Assembly (NCBI GenBank): GCA_964016885.1
Contig: OZ024743.1
Span: forward strand, 213,900,001 to 213,964,000
Reading direction: 5' to 3'
Source of the DNA: Eledone cirrhosa
Lineage: Eukaryota
DNA length: 64,000 bases
Shown: positions 1 through 13,945 of the stretch, piece by piece
Layout of the letters: the number at the start of each line of letters is the position of its first letter
Position numbering within the stretch: position 1 is the first letter of the stretch
Translations under genes and position numbers: made by a program
Notes under the pieces: model-generated
What the model was told of the DNA's origin: nothing
Databases searched by the model: none
Seen by the model: only the letters and a program-made list of their open reading frames with translations

Positions 1-281
1 ACCAACTTACCTTCTGGGTCCAGGAAGATGGCCCGTATGGCAAGATCCAAACCTCTCCGAAAAAGCACAGCAACTCCTCCCCCCGATCCCGGACGGCTGG
101 CAGATGTTTACACATCGTAGCCGCCGAAGATCGGTGCGAAAGCCTGTGCTTCTGAGATTCTGGTCTCGCTGATGGCCACTACATCTATGTTTAGTGACCT
201 GAGGTCGTTGAGCAGGTGGCCCTGTTTCCATGACGACCCCAAGCCACGCGCATTTATGCTGCCTATTCTGAGTGAGGTCAT
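1..281 (-). pseudogene. ORF2 N-terminus, APE endonuclease, one in-frame stop
   Basis: Manual translation from ATG at 281: MTSLRIGSINARGLG...IDVVAISETR...GYDV*TSASRPGSGGGVAVLFRRG...DPEGKLV; APE motifs NxRGL, xET, GVAxL, DxxGK; TAA at 108-110; absent from the ORF track. Confidence 0.85.
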
Positions 282-799
282 GTTGAAAAGGAGTGGAAAA
301 GATGGGAAAGACCACTTACCTTACTTCTCGTAGGGGAAGGACGGTTTTTCCATCCTTTTCACTGCTTGTGGCCTCCTCAGGAAGGATGTCCTTATAAATC
401 CTCCTGGAGAGTGCTTGTCGGAAGTCTCCGATGTCTTTGGGGAATTTTTGTTTTAGTGTCATGTACGTTTTCTGTGTGATGCGAGTGATTTGTATGTGTG
501 GAGGTGGTGTGAATTTTGGGGTTGTTGTGTAGTCTTTTTCTGTGATGCTGGTGTTGTGTTGGATGTAGTGTAATAATTGGTTGTTGTTCAAATTTAATGC
601 TGTGTAGTGTGTATCGTTTTGGTTGTTTTGTTTTTTTTGCGTTTGTTGTGGGTTTGTTTCTGTTTCGCATTTTGGTGACATTTGTGGTGTAGGTGATGGT
701 GGTGTTGGGGTTAATGATGGTGATGGTGTTGGTGTTTGGGTTGATGGGTTGGTGATGCTGGTGTGGATGGTGGCATATCTGTCCTAACTTTTTTGTTTC

Positions 800-1786
800 T
801 TAATTTATTTGTTTCCCTCTGTATTTTGTTTTTGGAGGGGGAAGGAAGAGAATTTTTTCTTTTTTGGTTTCTTTATTTTTTCCGGATATCGTTTCCCACT
901 CCTCGTCGTCACAATCTGTCTCCAGTTGTGATAGGCCGGGGAGTGGAAAATCCTCCACAGCCGTTAGTTTTGGTTGTGGCGTGGTGGATGGTGTAGGCGC
1001 TGGTGCTAGTTCTGAAGCGTTGGGTGGTGGTGGTGTTGGTTTTGCTACTGTTGCTGGGGTTGTTGCTGTTATAGTTGCTTCTGTTGTTGCTGCTACAGTT
1101 GTTGCTGCCATCTCTGCTACTGGTGGTGTTGATGGTTGTGTCACTGGGGTGGGTAGGAGAGGTGGCCTCAACCTTTTAGCCTGAGGGCAGAAAGCCCTTA
1201 GGTGGGTTCTTTCACCACAAACGACACACCTAGGTCTTCTGCCCTCGACAATTACCGTGAGGTGGCTGCCGTCAGTGAGGTCTATTAACTCTGGGATCTC
1301 CTCAATGCTTTTTTGGTCCGCTTGGATCAGGAGCTCCATCCCAGATTCGGACCAGTTTTCCTGCTTTTCTTTTGCTATTGCTATTATTTTCGTGTTGGCT
1401 TCGATGCCGGCGAGGACGGCCGCTATTAGCCAGGGAATTTCGATGGCCGGTGGAACGTGGGTCACCCTGATCTTTACGAGTCTCTGGCCACAATAGCTTG
1501 GGACGAGTGTGAAATCGTCACTTTTTAGTGGGGCCATAGAGTGTTCTCTAGCCTCCTCTGGTGTTTCAAAGAACACGTCCACGGTTCCATACTTTTGCCC
1601 ACGTCTGATGTGGGTTTTTCTTGCCCACACATGTCCCAAAGCTTTTTGGATTTGGGACTCGGATGCCCGTTCCACTCGGCGCGATTTTACATTTATTGTT
1701 CTATACGACACGGTGCATAGGCGCCGATGCTCCATTTTATTAGGTGGGGGAGTGAGGCTGACCCTGTGCCCATCTTTCTTTACCAT
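800..1786 (-). pseudogene. LINE ORF1 (RRM-like region, CCHC zinc knuckle, Pro/Thr-rich tail)
   Basis: EGRRPRCVVCGERTHLRAFCP = CX2CX4HX4C; upstream ORF 1740-2279 probably the same ORF frameshifted at poly-G 1861-1873; downstream part broken toward 316. Confidence 0.75.
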
Positions 1787-2487
1787 TTGTTTGGCACTTT
1801 CTAAATCTTCCTGAGTTACCGTAAATGCTTCGAATTGTTTTGCTACTCTGGCGAAACTGAGGGGGGGGGGGGGTTATAATGTCATTGTTGTTGTTGTTGC
1901 TATCGTTAATATTAATTTTAGTTTCAGTTGTGGTGGTGGTGACGTCAGTCGTCTTTGGTGGGGAAGAGTCCATTTTGCTTGATTTCATTTCGACATCACG
2001 AGTTAATTTATTTTTTTCTTCTTTTGTTTCTGTTGTCGCGGTGGTGGTGGTGGTGGTGGTGGTTGTCGCGGTGGTGGTGGTGGTGGAGGCTTTAACACCT
2101 GCAGTCATTGGTAATGGCGGGAAATGAATGTCTGCCTGAGACAAATTTAAAATATTGCTACTGCTTATATTTTTTTTTGTGTTGGCAAACGTAGTAACAT
2201 TTACAATGGTGGTGTCGGTGTGAGGTGTTATTTTGTGAGGAAGGCTTTCAGCTGCTTCGTGCAGAGGTGAAGTAGCCATTTTTTTTCAAAGAAATTTTTT
2301 GATAATAATAAAAGTTAAAATTTTGGGCACAAGGCCCCAATCTTATTGGGTGTCTTTTTCGGAAAACAATGTATGTGTGCTTATAAACAGTTAACAATAA
2401 AATTTTCCATAAATGGCAATTTTTAACAAACGGAAATAACAAACCTTTGCGGAGCTCACGATGATACGATTTACTACGTAGGTCGCC

Positions 2488-2530
<43 letters not shown>

Positions 2531-2622
2531 TTCTCACCAACAATATAAAAAGCCTCAGCACCACCACCGACATAGCCAACAACAATAACAGGCAACTTCA
2601 GCAAAAAGTATATTATATTATT

Positions 2623-2683
2623 GTAATGCACTCACTGGGTGACTGCTGGCCTTGTGCCTGGAGTGGAGACAATTATTAATAAT
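2623..2683 (+). mobile_element. 3' fragment of the dispersed SINE with short TAA-type tail
   Basis: ctgggtgactgctggccttgtgcc...acaattatt matches the 3' end of the SINE copies at 10.1, 14.3, 24.9 and 60.9 kb. Confidence 0.6.
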
Positions 2684-5600
2684 TTCATTCTTAAGCCACG
2701 CATTCTGACATTAAGGAACCACTCATGATAATAACAATTTAAAAAAAAACATAAAGAAAACCCCGTGACCAAGAAATACCGGGATGGCGGCCGGCGGAGA
2801 ATAGCCGTGTCTCTAGGGGAGAACGACCCCTCTAGTCTTGGTTGACACTCGTTCTAGAAGTGGTAACACGAAATGATTACCCCTTGACGGATAAGGATAA
2901 AACGCGACAAAATAAAGTAAATGTCTAATGATAAAATCTCATACCGGATCTGCCGTCACCCGGGTAAAAAAGGGCCGCGTCCCTCAGAGAGGAACCAGAC
3001 TGGGGTCGAAAAATCAGCTAATGGTTCAAACCTTCCCATCACTTCGGAGCTGGAGACCTCCCATAACCGGAATACGCCTGCTGTTGGCCCTCCATGCTCA
3101 CCACCAAGAAATCCAAAGAAAACTTGAGAAAAATGATCAAGGGAAGATAATAAAGAAGTCCTTGAGGCTTTTTACACTGCCATGTACTACCCATCAAATA
3201 CATCGAATACAGAACAGACATATATCAACTGGAAAAAGAAACATCCCGAAAACAGAGGCTATATTGACAGTAACAAACTAGCCAATATACGAAGAAATAT
3301 TGTAAGAAAAAAGTTACTAACTGATATAGAAATTGATCAGATCAAGCTATTAGCACAAAGTCAGCGAAGGGAAAATGAAACATGTGTGAGTGAAAATGAG
3401 GTAAATTGTAACACTTCGAATCCCAGGTTTGGGGCGGAATCACTGGCAACAGAACAAATTAAAGAAAGGATCGAAAAAGTGGAGGGAGTGCATGCTCAAG
3501 ATGAAACTCCAAATGAAAATAATGAGATCGTAAATGATAAAGAAATGAATGAGAATCAACTTGCCAACTTGAAGGATGAAATTATGATCGAATGGATGAA
3601 AATGAAAGAATCTGACATGGGGCAACGAGACACCCTCCCTAAGATCCAGAACTCCAAACAGAACCAAAAGATAATACACAAGACTAACATAATTCTCAAA
3701 AACATTATCATCACAAACAAACTAAACATTACTGATTTAAATCATCTCTATTATGCATCGGCTAAAGTCACCACTCACTTATGTGGAGTGAAGATGAAAA
3801 AACAAAGGAATTCCCACAAGAAATCTACTTGGCAAGAGAACATCAATCGCCAAATAAACCTTCTCAGATCTGACATAGAAATGTTAACAAACTATAAAGT
3901 AGGTGAACATGTTAAACAAACTAAACTTAGAAAATTGAAAAGAAAGTACAAAATAAAATCAACAAGTGACATAGACATGCTGATAGAAATAATCAAGCAA
4001 ACAGTGTCGGCCAAAGCTGCTCGTATAAGGCGCTTTGAAAAAACGATCTAGATTCTATAAGGACAATAATATGTTCAAAAACTACCAAAGAAACTTCTAC
4101 AGAAAAATTGGTAAGTCAACAATAACTGCTAAATCAATACCACCCAAGGAGGAAGTGCAAGAATTCTGGGAAAAGATCTGGGCCGAAGAAAAAGTTCATA
4201 ACATACATGCCCTATGGATAGACAGACAAATGAAAGATACAGCTCACCTTGAGGAACAAATATGGGAAAATATAACAGTTGAACAGTTGCGCTTGGCTCT
4301 AAGAAAAACCAGCAAATGGAAATCCACAGAAAAAGACAAAAAACAACATTTTTGGATAAATGCATTCACAGAGTCTCATGAGCTGTTAGCCCAACTTTAC
4401 AATGAAATAGTTAAGGAGCCAGAAAAGATACCATCATGGCTAGTTAACGGCATTACATTCCTGCTTCCGAAGAATGACGAGACAAACAATCCCCAAAATT
4501 ACAGACCGATAACTTGCTTGACCACAATGTATAAAATGTTAACATCAGTCCTAACTGAATACACATATGACCTATTTCCCATTGAGCAGAAAGGGTGTAA
4601 ACGAGGCTCATATGGCTGTAAGGATCAGCTTTTGGTTAACAAAATGATACTGGAAGATTGTCATAATAGACACACAAATCTATCGATTGACTGGATAGAT
4701 TATAAAAAAGCATTCGATAGTTTGCCACACAGTTGGATTGAAAAATGTTTAGAGATTTTCAAAATATCCCCCGTTGTCAGGAGGTTTTTGTCATTCAATA
4801 TGAAGACATGGAAAACGACACTCCTTTTGAATAGTGAAACAAAATCACTGGAAGCTGGAGAAGTTAATATTAATTGTGGAATTTTTCAGGGTGACTCTTT
4901 ATCACCGCTTTTATTCTGCATCGCACTTATACCATTAAGTAAAATGCTCAATGAAACAAAACATGGATATAAAGTCAATGAAAAAACCATTAATCACTTG
5001 TTCTACATGGATGACATGAAACTATTTGCAAAAAATGATGAACAATTGCAAGGGCTATTATCCACTGTGGAGCAGTTCAGTGATGACATTAAAATGGAGT
5101 TTGGACTAGATAAATGCGCCAAAGCAACATTCACCAGAGGAAAGCTGCTGAAGAGTTCGGACATTAATCTTGATCGGGGGAACGTGATAAGAGAACTTGA
5201 TCAAGAAAAAACTTACAAATATCTAGGTGTTTGTGAAGGAGACGGAATCAAGCACTCGACAATGAGGGAAAGGATAGGGAAGGAATGTTACCGCAGAGTA
5301 AGAGCAAGCTTAAGAACGGAATTGAATGCAAGGAATAGGATCGATGCCATAAACACGCTTGCCATACCAGTAGTAACCTACAGTTACAATGTCATCAACT
5401 GGTCAAGCACAGAGATCCGTAGGCTCGATACAAAAATTCGAAAATTCTTAACCATGCACAGAATGCATCACCCTAAGGCAGATATAGATAGAATATATCT
5501 CCCTAGGAAAGAAGGAGGACGTGGGTTAATCCAGTTAGACATTGCGTTGAAAACTGCAACAATTGGATTATCTACATATCTAAGGGAATCACATGATTGG

Positions 5601-6711
5601 ATGATCAAACTCGTTTTGAAACACGAAAGCATCAAAAGATCATATTCCATTACAAAAGATTCACAAAGATACAGTAATGGACTACAAATTTCAGAAGTCC
5701 CATTTACTGCTGAAATGGAAAACACAGAAAAAGCAAAGCAGGTAAAAGTAACTGCAAAGAAAGAACTGCTACAGAAACTGGCTAAGAAATGGCAAGAAAA
5801 GCCTCTGTATGGAAAATACCCAGAGCGAGCTAACAATCCTGATGTTGACAAAACTTTAACCCATCAGGGGTTGGCATCCTCTGGACTGAAATCGGAGACT
5901 GAAGGACTGATTATATCAGCACAAGATCAGTGTCTGCCAACAAAAAATTACCAAGCCAACATAATAAAAAATGGATGCAGCCCATTATGCCGGGTATGCA
6001 AAAAACAACCAGAGACCATTGACCATATAATTTCAATGTGCAGTCCTATAGCTCCAACCGAATACCTAAACAGGCATGACAGAGCTGCACAATACATACG
6101 TTGGATAATGTGTAAGCATTTTGACCTGCCCCATCAAAAGAATTGGTGGGAGCATCAACCACCTCCCATACTTGAAAAAGATCACATCTCAATCTTTTGG
6201 AACTTTAGCATCCAAACAGACCGAAAAATAGATGCAAATAGACCTGATATAATATTGAAGGACTTTAAAAAGAGGGTATGCCTGCTAATTGATATGTCTG
6301 TTCCAATAGACAAGAATGTTTCTACAGAAACATTTGAAAAATTGAGCAAGTATAAGGTCCTGGAGATAGAAATTGGAAATATGTGGAAATTGAGAACTAA
6401 AACAATACCAGTGGTTGTAGGCGCTCTGGGAATGATACCTAAAGGGTCTAATGATTACTTATCGCAAATCCCGGGAAACCCTCGTATAGGAGAAATACAA
6501 AAGATAGTACTAATGGGAACTGCCCATATACTAAGGAAGATTCTGTCAATATAAGTACATCACAAGTCTAAACACTAAAGATGCATGTGTGAGTATGTAT
6601 GTTCTTCCTTGAACATGGCGGACCTTGTTGTCTCTTGAGGTCACTGGTTGTGACTTGGTGATAACTCGTATGAACATAAAGCAAGATAAATGCAACTGTA
6701 ATAATAATAAA
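2684..6711 (+). mobile_element. Near full-length R4/Dong-clade non-LTR retrotransposon (RT + RLE)
   Basis: Single-ORF architecture, short 3'UTR ending in (TAA)n at 6699-6711, 5' end next to a TAA-type tract. Confidence 0.9.
2921..6554 (+). pseudogene. R4/Dong polyprotein: N-terminal domain, RT, CCHC finger, restriction-like endonuclease; 2 nonsense codons and 1 frameshift
   Basis: ORF 2921 is in frame with ORF 3182 through two TGA (KT*EK*SREDNKEVLEAFY); frameshift near A-run ~4040; motifs NYRPITCL, IDYKKAFDS, GIFQGDSLSP, FYMDD, YKYLG, CRVC...HIISMC, RHD, RPDIILKD, K..KY. Confidence 0.92.
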
Positions 6712-9432
6712 AACGACTGAGTGGTCAAATCAGGGAAATGAGAAATGACATTGGAAAGCTTGAGTCCCTACTGAATGGGACGCTAAAAAACATAGACACT
6801 AAAAATTGACTGGAAATAAAGTACAAAACTAGGAGGAAAAAGCTAAATATTATCATAGAGGAACTTAAGCAACGCATTGTAGCAAAGAGTGCAAAAATCA
6901 GGCGATACGAGAACAGAGTCAGTCAGTATAGACAGAACCGCATGTTCGACAACAACCAGAAGATGCTGTTTGGACAGCTTGAAGGGAAAGAAAGAGGCAA
7001 CGACTTGATCCCTGAGGCGGAACAAACTAAAACATTCTGGAGAGGAATATGGGAGCAGGATGTTAAACATAATGACCAGGCAGTGTGGATTGAGACAGTA
7101 AAAAGGAGATTAGTGAACAGGCACACCAACAAACTGATTTGAGTATCACAGTTGAAACTCTTAAGGGGCAGGCCAAAAAACTAACCAACTGGAAATCACC
7201 AGGCCCAGATGGTGTGCAGGGGTATTGGATTAAAAATATAACATCCCTCCACCCGAAACTGACAACCATGTTCAATGACTGCTTGATGTCAGGTGAGGTA
7301 CCAGAGTGGTTGACAAAAGGTACCACAGTTCTGGTAATGAAAGACCGAATCAAGGGTAATGATGTTACCAACTATAGACCTATCACATGTCTGTCCGTAA
7401 TGTGGAAACTGTTGACAAGCATTATGTCTGAGGAAATCTACCATCACCTCTACACCAACAACTTGTTGCCGGACGAACAGAAAGGATGCCGAAAGAAGTC
7501 GCGTGGTACAAAGGACCAGTTACTTATAGATAAGATGGTAATGAGGAATTGCAAGAGGAGACACACTGGTCTTGCCATGGGATGGATAGACTACAAAAAG
7601 GCATTTGACATGGTGCCTCATTCTTGGATCACCAAAAGCCTGGAGATCTTCAAGGTGGAAGATAACATCAGGCAGTTGTTGGACAAAAGTATGAAGTCCT
7701 GGGAAACAGTTAACATCAACTGGAGAATCCTTGGGAAGCGTGAAGATCAATAGAGGTATCTTCCAGGGAGATAGTCTGTACTCACTGTTGTTTGTCCTTG
7801 CCCTGATGCCCCTGACCAGTGTACTGCGAAAAGTGAGAGCAGGATACAGGTTGGGAAAGGGAGAGCTTACCATCAATCACCTCCTCTTCATGGACGATCT
7901 TAAGCTCTTCGGGAAGAGTGAGAAGGAGTTGGATGTGCTTGTTGACTCTGTCCGTATTTTCAGCAATGATATATGTATTCAATTTGGTATTAGTAAGTGT
8001 GGAGTCATTGTGATGAAGAGGGGTAAGTTGAGCAGAAGTAACGGAATCCAGGTACCAACAGGTGAGATGATAAAGGAAATTTACTCTGAAGAAGGATACA
8101 AGTATTTGGGTGTTCTGGAGGCTGATGACATCAAGAACAAAAAAATGAAGGAAATGATAAGAACTTAATACATTCGGAGAGTAAGGAGCGTATTAAAATC
8201 ACATCTGAACAGTAGGAATGCCATAAGTGCAGTACATTCCCGAGCTGTGTCTATTATTAGGTACAGTGCGGGAATTCTGAGATGGAATGTTGCTGAACAA
8301 AAAGAAATGGTTAGGAAGACTAGTAAGCTATTGACTATCTACAACATGTTCTACAAGAGGAGTGATGTCGATAGACTCTACTTAATGAGATTTGAAGGTG
8401 GAAGAGGTCTTATCAGCAGAGAGGACTGTGTTCAGTTGGAGAAAAACAACCTACACAAATACGTGACTGATAGTAAGGAGCCAATGCTCAGAACCGTACT
8501 GAAGGAGGGGACAATAGGCCAAGGGATGTCCAAGGAGGAAATAACATCAAGGAGAAAGAGCAGCCTTCATAGTACCTTCTTTGAGAAAACTGAATTTAGA
8601 GATCCACAGATATGGAACTGGTTGAAAAGAGGAGACCTTAAAAAGGCTACAGAAGGAATGTTAATGGCTGCGCAGGAGCAGGCCCTCAAAACGAAGTGGT
8701 TGAAACACCATATTTACAAAGAGGAGGCTAGCCCACTGTGCAGGATCTGTGGAGAGAGAGAGGAGACTGGGGCTCACATTGTATCCGAGTGTAAACACCT
8801 AGCCCAGTCTCACTATAAGGGCTGGAGACATGATGTGATGGGCAGGGTGATCCACTGGCACCTATGCAAAGTAAACAATTTACCACATTCTGAGAAGTGG
8901 TATGAGCATAAGCCAGAGTCAGTGATAGAAAACGATCAGGTGAAGGTGCTGTGGGATTCTAGGATACAGACGGACAAGAAACTGGAACACAATAAACCTG
9001 ACCTGGTGGTTGTGGACAAAGAAAAAAGATCGTGCCTGATTGTAGTTGAGGCCTGCCCATTCGACACGAGAGTGCAAGAGAAGGAGAGGGAGAAAATTAA
9101 CCGATACCAGGACTTAAAGTGGGAGGTAAAAAGGATTTGGCACTGCCATGATGTCAAAGTCATCCCGATTGTCATAGGCGCACTAGGGACTATCTCAAAA
9201 AGTTTCCAGGGATGGTTAAAGGAAATTGACCCCTTCACGCTTTTTGGAACGCTTCAAAAGGCATGATTGCTGGGAAAGCAAGAACCCTCCGATACGTCCT
9301 GAATAGCTGAGGCTGCAGGTAGTGGCTTGATATTCATTTCAACAAACTTTCCAGTTAACTAACATCAATGACTGAGACTCAAATAGTAATAACAACAATA
9401 ATAATAATAATAATAATAATAACAATAATAAT
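6712..9432 (+). mobile_element. Second, 5'-truncated and decayed R4/Dong-clade element of a different family, with (AAT)n tail
   Basis: Fragments 6942-7142, 7139-7753, 7731-8168, 8247-9266: WKSPGPDG, NYRPITCL, IDYKKAFD, GIFQGDSL, FMDD, CRIC...HIVSEC, RHD, KPDLVVVD; ends in (AAT)n ~9385-9432. Confidence 0.9.
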
Positions 9433-10128
9433 GAAATATAACATTTACACTTATCAAAATACGGTAATTTCTTCATAAGTCACCTCTGAAATATATATTC
9501 TCTAAGAATTCTATTTTCTTATGTCAATTGGTTCATAGTTTTCTTGTACATTTTCCTGATTCACTTACCTCTAATTCTGCAAGCACTCTCAAGATTAGGC
9601 ATCTTTAATATGACCATAATAAGAGAGAAAATATGTCCGGAATTTGTTTTCCCTGCGTGTAGTTAAGTCATTTTGTAATATTTTTTAATTAACACATTGT
9701 CTCTATTATTTTTCTAGCTTTTGTACCCCGCATTAAATATGTTGGTAGTATAACCTACCTATGAACTGTATTAATAAGGTTATGTGACAAGCGGTCGAAT
9801 CATATGAATTCCACATAGCATTATATGTTCATACATTAGAGCTTATAGATTCTATTGAACTAAATAAAACGAATGTCAAAGAATTAGTTTACAACCTTTT
9901 AACATTTCTAATGGACAGTCCTCTACTTAAATACATAATCGTACTTCATTTCTCATCGTAGTTAATAGCAACAAATCTATCAACAATGAATGCCACTCCT
10001 GCGTAATAGAACTTTTGGCAGCTTATATATTATGAATTGCTTTTAAGGAATTGATGATTTATGTGTATTGTTCTTGTGTCTTTGTGTTTTCTATGTTTAT
10101 ATTTTCTGTTTTGAGTGCATTATTTCCT

Positions 10129-10303
10129 CGGTGGATTGGCAGTATCGGTAGAGGGTCGGACGCCATGCTTTCCAGCATAGTTACGTCCCTTTACGATCTG
10201 ATTTCAAATCCCGCCGAGGTTGACTTTGCCTTTCATCCTTACGGGGCCGATAAAATAAAGTACCACTGAGTAATTGCTGGCCTTGTGCGTAAAGTAGAAA
10301 CAT
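10129..10303 (+). mobile_element. tRNA-type SINE with Meta/MESC-like central domain
   Basis: A-box-like tggcagtatcgg, B-box-like tttcaaatcc, central gaggttgactttgcctttcatcc; flanking ttatttcct duplication; several near-identical copies in window. Confidence 0.85.
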
Positions 10304-11507
10304 TTATTTCCTTTACTTATTATGAATTCAATCAGGCTCTTATAACAGTCTAGGATATTTGTTTAGATTATATTTTGATATTGTGAAAACTAACTCATCT
10401 ATTTATCTGTCACGGTATATTTGTGATGTGTTTTGCTCTGACCAAATAACGAAGGCACACAGCCCCATTTCACAACTTATGTTAATTTATACACTCATAT
10501 CAAACTAACGAAAAGAAAATCAATACACTGATTCCTAAGAGGTGTGATACATAACATTATATGTACAATTTAAACAGGCAAAATAATAGTTTCTAACCAA
10601 ATAAACGAGAAAAGTATAAAACGTTATAAAAACATGAGATTTGAAAGCGCAATCATTAGTATGACTTGCAGAAAAAAGGTGAGTCAAGGGTTAGATCTGG
10701 TGTTAGTGTATCTAAGCAACTATTTAGAATAAGTACACTTTGTACACGGAGACTTCGCAGTAAACATCACAAATGCTTAGTTCTGTTAACAAGTGAGAAA
10801 TCACCTGAAATGAATGAAAGTTAAAAAGATAAAGAAATAAATACAAATTGTGAAGAAAATATATATAGTAAATGCTTTAGTATTGCCGTGAATTCACTAT
10901 CTCACTGGTTGGATGCTTCTGGTATGCATTAAACTTCTCTGAAACATTCAATACAAATTTTTAATTATAATGATATGCCTCAAAATTTATATGCCAGCAA
11001 ATCGATTAAATCAACATCAGTAAATGATACGGGGGGTGAATTAATCAACATCCGTAGCTCATCCTATAAAAAACTGCAACGTATTTTGTTAGTCGTTCCT
11101 CAAAATATAATATAGAACTTTAAATACCTATATATAATATAGGCAAAAGTTCACACTTTATGGGCAGGTTACAGTCTATTAGAAACTACAATTCTGCACC
11201 TCATAGACACACACCCAGCCCACTTCCTCCTAAGGAAATGCTTTATCCTACCCGAACGCCTCTTCGATGCCCCTTGTCACCTTCATGATGAGCGCCTCGT
11301 CGAACACGATGCCACAGATGCTGTGCTGGACTCATCTGCTATGTTAGTTTTGACAGTACCGGCTGGCAACAGGTGGAACTCCTCGTGATATTCGGAGGCC
11401 TTGACCTAGGAAAAACTTCTAACTGGCACTACCGAAGGCTATCTCTCCTCAATCTATACCAGCCGTACCCTTATCTGTGATGTCCTCCGCAAGACGTTAA
11501 CACGCTG

Positions 11508-11538
<31 letters not shown>

Positions 11539-13109
11539 AAATCATACCGAAAATGAATATTTGAGTACCCGAGTGAAATCGGGATATTCTCAGAAAATAG
11601 AAATGCGGTGATAGATAATTTAATATATTATTGACATGAACAGTATTTTAGTAAACCATTGAGAACTTACATCAGGAGATAAAATATTTTATGTATATAC
11701 GCAGCTAGCCCTCAAAAATTAAACCAGCAACGTAGTTGTGATATTCTCAAGGATTTGAATATAAGATTAAAGATTAATATTTAATGTTTACCAAGAGTAT
11801 TAGTGATGCTAGGCATGTATGGCGATAATGAACGTACGTGCGTGAAAATCATGTAATGGATTAGGCTTCTTGCTGACTTTCCTTGACTTAAGTTTCACTA
11901 TTTATGCATAGTTGATGAAAGATAGCCTTATTCTCTCGACACCTCTAACTATGTAATTAATTACAATGAAATAAACGTGATTCTTTCTACCCATACATAA
12001 TCACTTACCGAATTGGTATTATAGTAGCATTTGAATTCCATAAAACATACTAGAATTATCTATGTACTATTTTACTTTTCTGTGTTTCGCAAATTTGTTT
12101 ACATATTTTAAATATTACTGAGTATTAAATTCTGTTGACTACTATGAATAATCTTTTAAAATATGTACACGCATGCACACATACGCGCAGTATTACACAA
12201 ATATGTACATATGTTTTATTTTATTTAACAATACTTGTTAGCACGTTCAATGTGTCAATACAACAGTTAGAGTAAATGTGAACTTTATTGACCTTTTTTC
12301 CGTATTGCACTATTGTTATGGGTAATTGCTTGTAAGGAAGTCACGCGAAATTCTAATATAGAGATTTTACCATTATGTATACATTAGATATTTTCCTCAC
12401 TAATTTCAGTTTTTGATGTGAAATAATAATTTTGCTTTCTTCCTTTAAAACAATTTTACAGACATCTATTTTTCTAACTAAATTTTAGTACTTTTCTATA
12501 TTTCCTGCTTTTATTCAAATCAAAGAAAGTCTACAGCTTTCAAGTTTCCTATTTTAGGTTGTACGCATGCGTATAGCATCTTTTGATCTACAAACATTTG
12601 TGACAATAATCTACATAATAGATCAAAATAATGGTTAATTCTCTTTTATTGCTTGGTTTCAAAACAAATTGTTGCATTTTAGAATTCTTTATATCTTTTT
12701 AACCGGCTGCCAAGAAAATAACAATAATTTGATGTCTATACAGACTACTCATGCAAGAGCGTTTTATTTTGTAAGACTTTATAAGAATTAAGCATGTATT
12801 TTTATATATAAGATTTCGTTTTCTTTTCTGATTTTGATGTTTGAAAGAAAGAGAAAAAAACGTATGTTAATCTAATGGTATTCGTTGCTTTGTTTTGTAC
12901 TATTTTCCATAAATGTGAGTCAAAGTTATCAATTTAGGAGTGAAAGCTTAATAACATTCATGAGACAGATATTTAAATATAAAGTGAATAGTGAACCATT
13001 TATATAAATCAATCTTTTGCTGCCATTGATCACTGTTGTTGGGAATTGCTTGCGTTTTCAACATAATTTGTAAACGTCCTCAGATGTAGAGTTATCGCAA
13101 TATCACCAA

Positions 13110-13221
<112 letters not shown>

Positions 13222-13795
13222 ACATGTAAGACTCATGCTACTCTTATAGGAAGCCTCATGCAAGCCCCGAAATTTTTAGAGGATGTTTCCATTTCAATAG
13301 CCAACTCCCTCCTAGTTGGAAATACTCAACAAATTCAAATGATTTTCAACCACCTTAATTTGATTTATACACTTTCTTAATATATATTTATTTTCTTTTT
13401 CCACACTTACATAATACAGTAAAACTTCTATACACTCTACGCCATACCTTAATAAACATTGCTATCTCTATATTACATACCACCACATAATAACATACGA
13501 CCCTATTGCTCACGAATGCTAACGTGTGTACAGCTACTTTGCTATTTTGATTTTACATTTTTGAGTTATTTCCTTTTTTTGTGAAACGTTTTTTGTATAC
13601 TAGTGTTTAACGGTATCAGCATCATTTCCCTTTTGTAACTCATGAGGGATTTATAGATGCGTCATATTATCATAAGGGGTTTTTAGGCCATTTAAAAGCC
13701 AGTGGAGCTCATCACCTCTGCAGGTATGAATGCAGCCTATTTCTTCCAGACAAAGATAGAGAGAGTGAAAGAATAGAGGAAGAATCGTTCCCAGA

Positions 13796-13945
13796 AGTAG
13801 TAGTATTTTATTGAACTTAAATGGATGAAAGGCAAAGTTGACCTCGGTGGGATTTGAACTGGGAACGCAGAGAGCCGGAACGAATATCGGAAAGTATTCT
13901 ATCCGAAGTTCTAACGATTCTGCGAATTTCTGAACCCTATCACCT
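13796..13945 (-). mobile_element. Older, diverged SINE with the same central domain
   Basis: Reverse complement has gttcaaatcccaccgaggtcaactttgcctttcatcc with a diverged head. Confidence 0.7.

Larger units (their letters stand above)
1..2480 (-). mobile_element. L1/Tx1-clade non-LTR retrotransposon, 5' half (ORF1 + start of ORF2; runs off window start)
   Basis: Gag-like ORF1 with CCHC knuckle followed on the same strand by an APE endonuclease start; 5' boundary approximate, next to an (AAT)n tract. Confidence 0.8.

Noticed and set aside
5-16. Apparent splice donor AAG|GTAAGT on the minus strand
   Set aside because: It is the EGKL codons of the LINE APE domain; no intron is needed
7-315. Listed 102-aa minus ORF
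   Set aside because: Alternative frame over the real APE frame that starts at 281
3125-3136. Two nearby in-frame TGA codons as selenocysteine or readthrough
   Set aside because: Simply explained as CGA/TGG>TGA decay in an element that also has a frameshift; no SECIS recognised
10129-10200. tRNA gene
   Set aside because: A/B-box-like words but no cloverleaf; continues into SINE body and tail; multi-copy with TSDs
11200-11510. GC-richer island as exon or TE fragment
   Set aside because: The frames I translated are interrupted and show no recognisable motif
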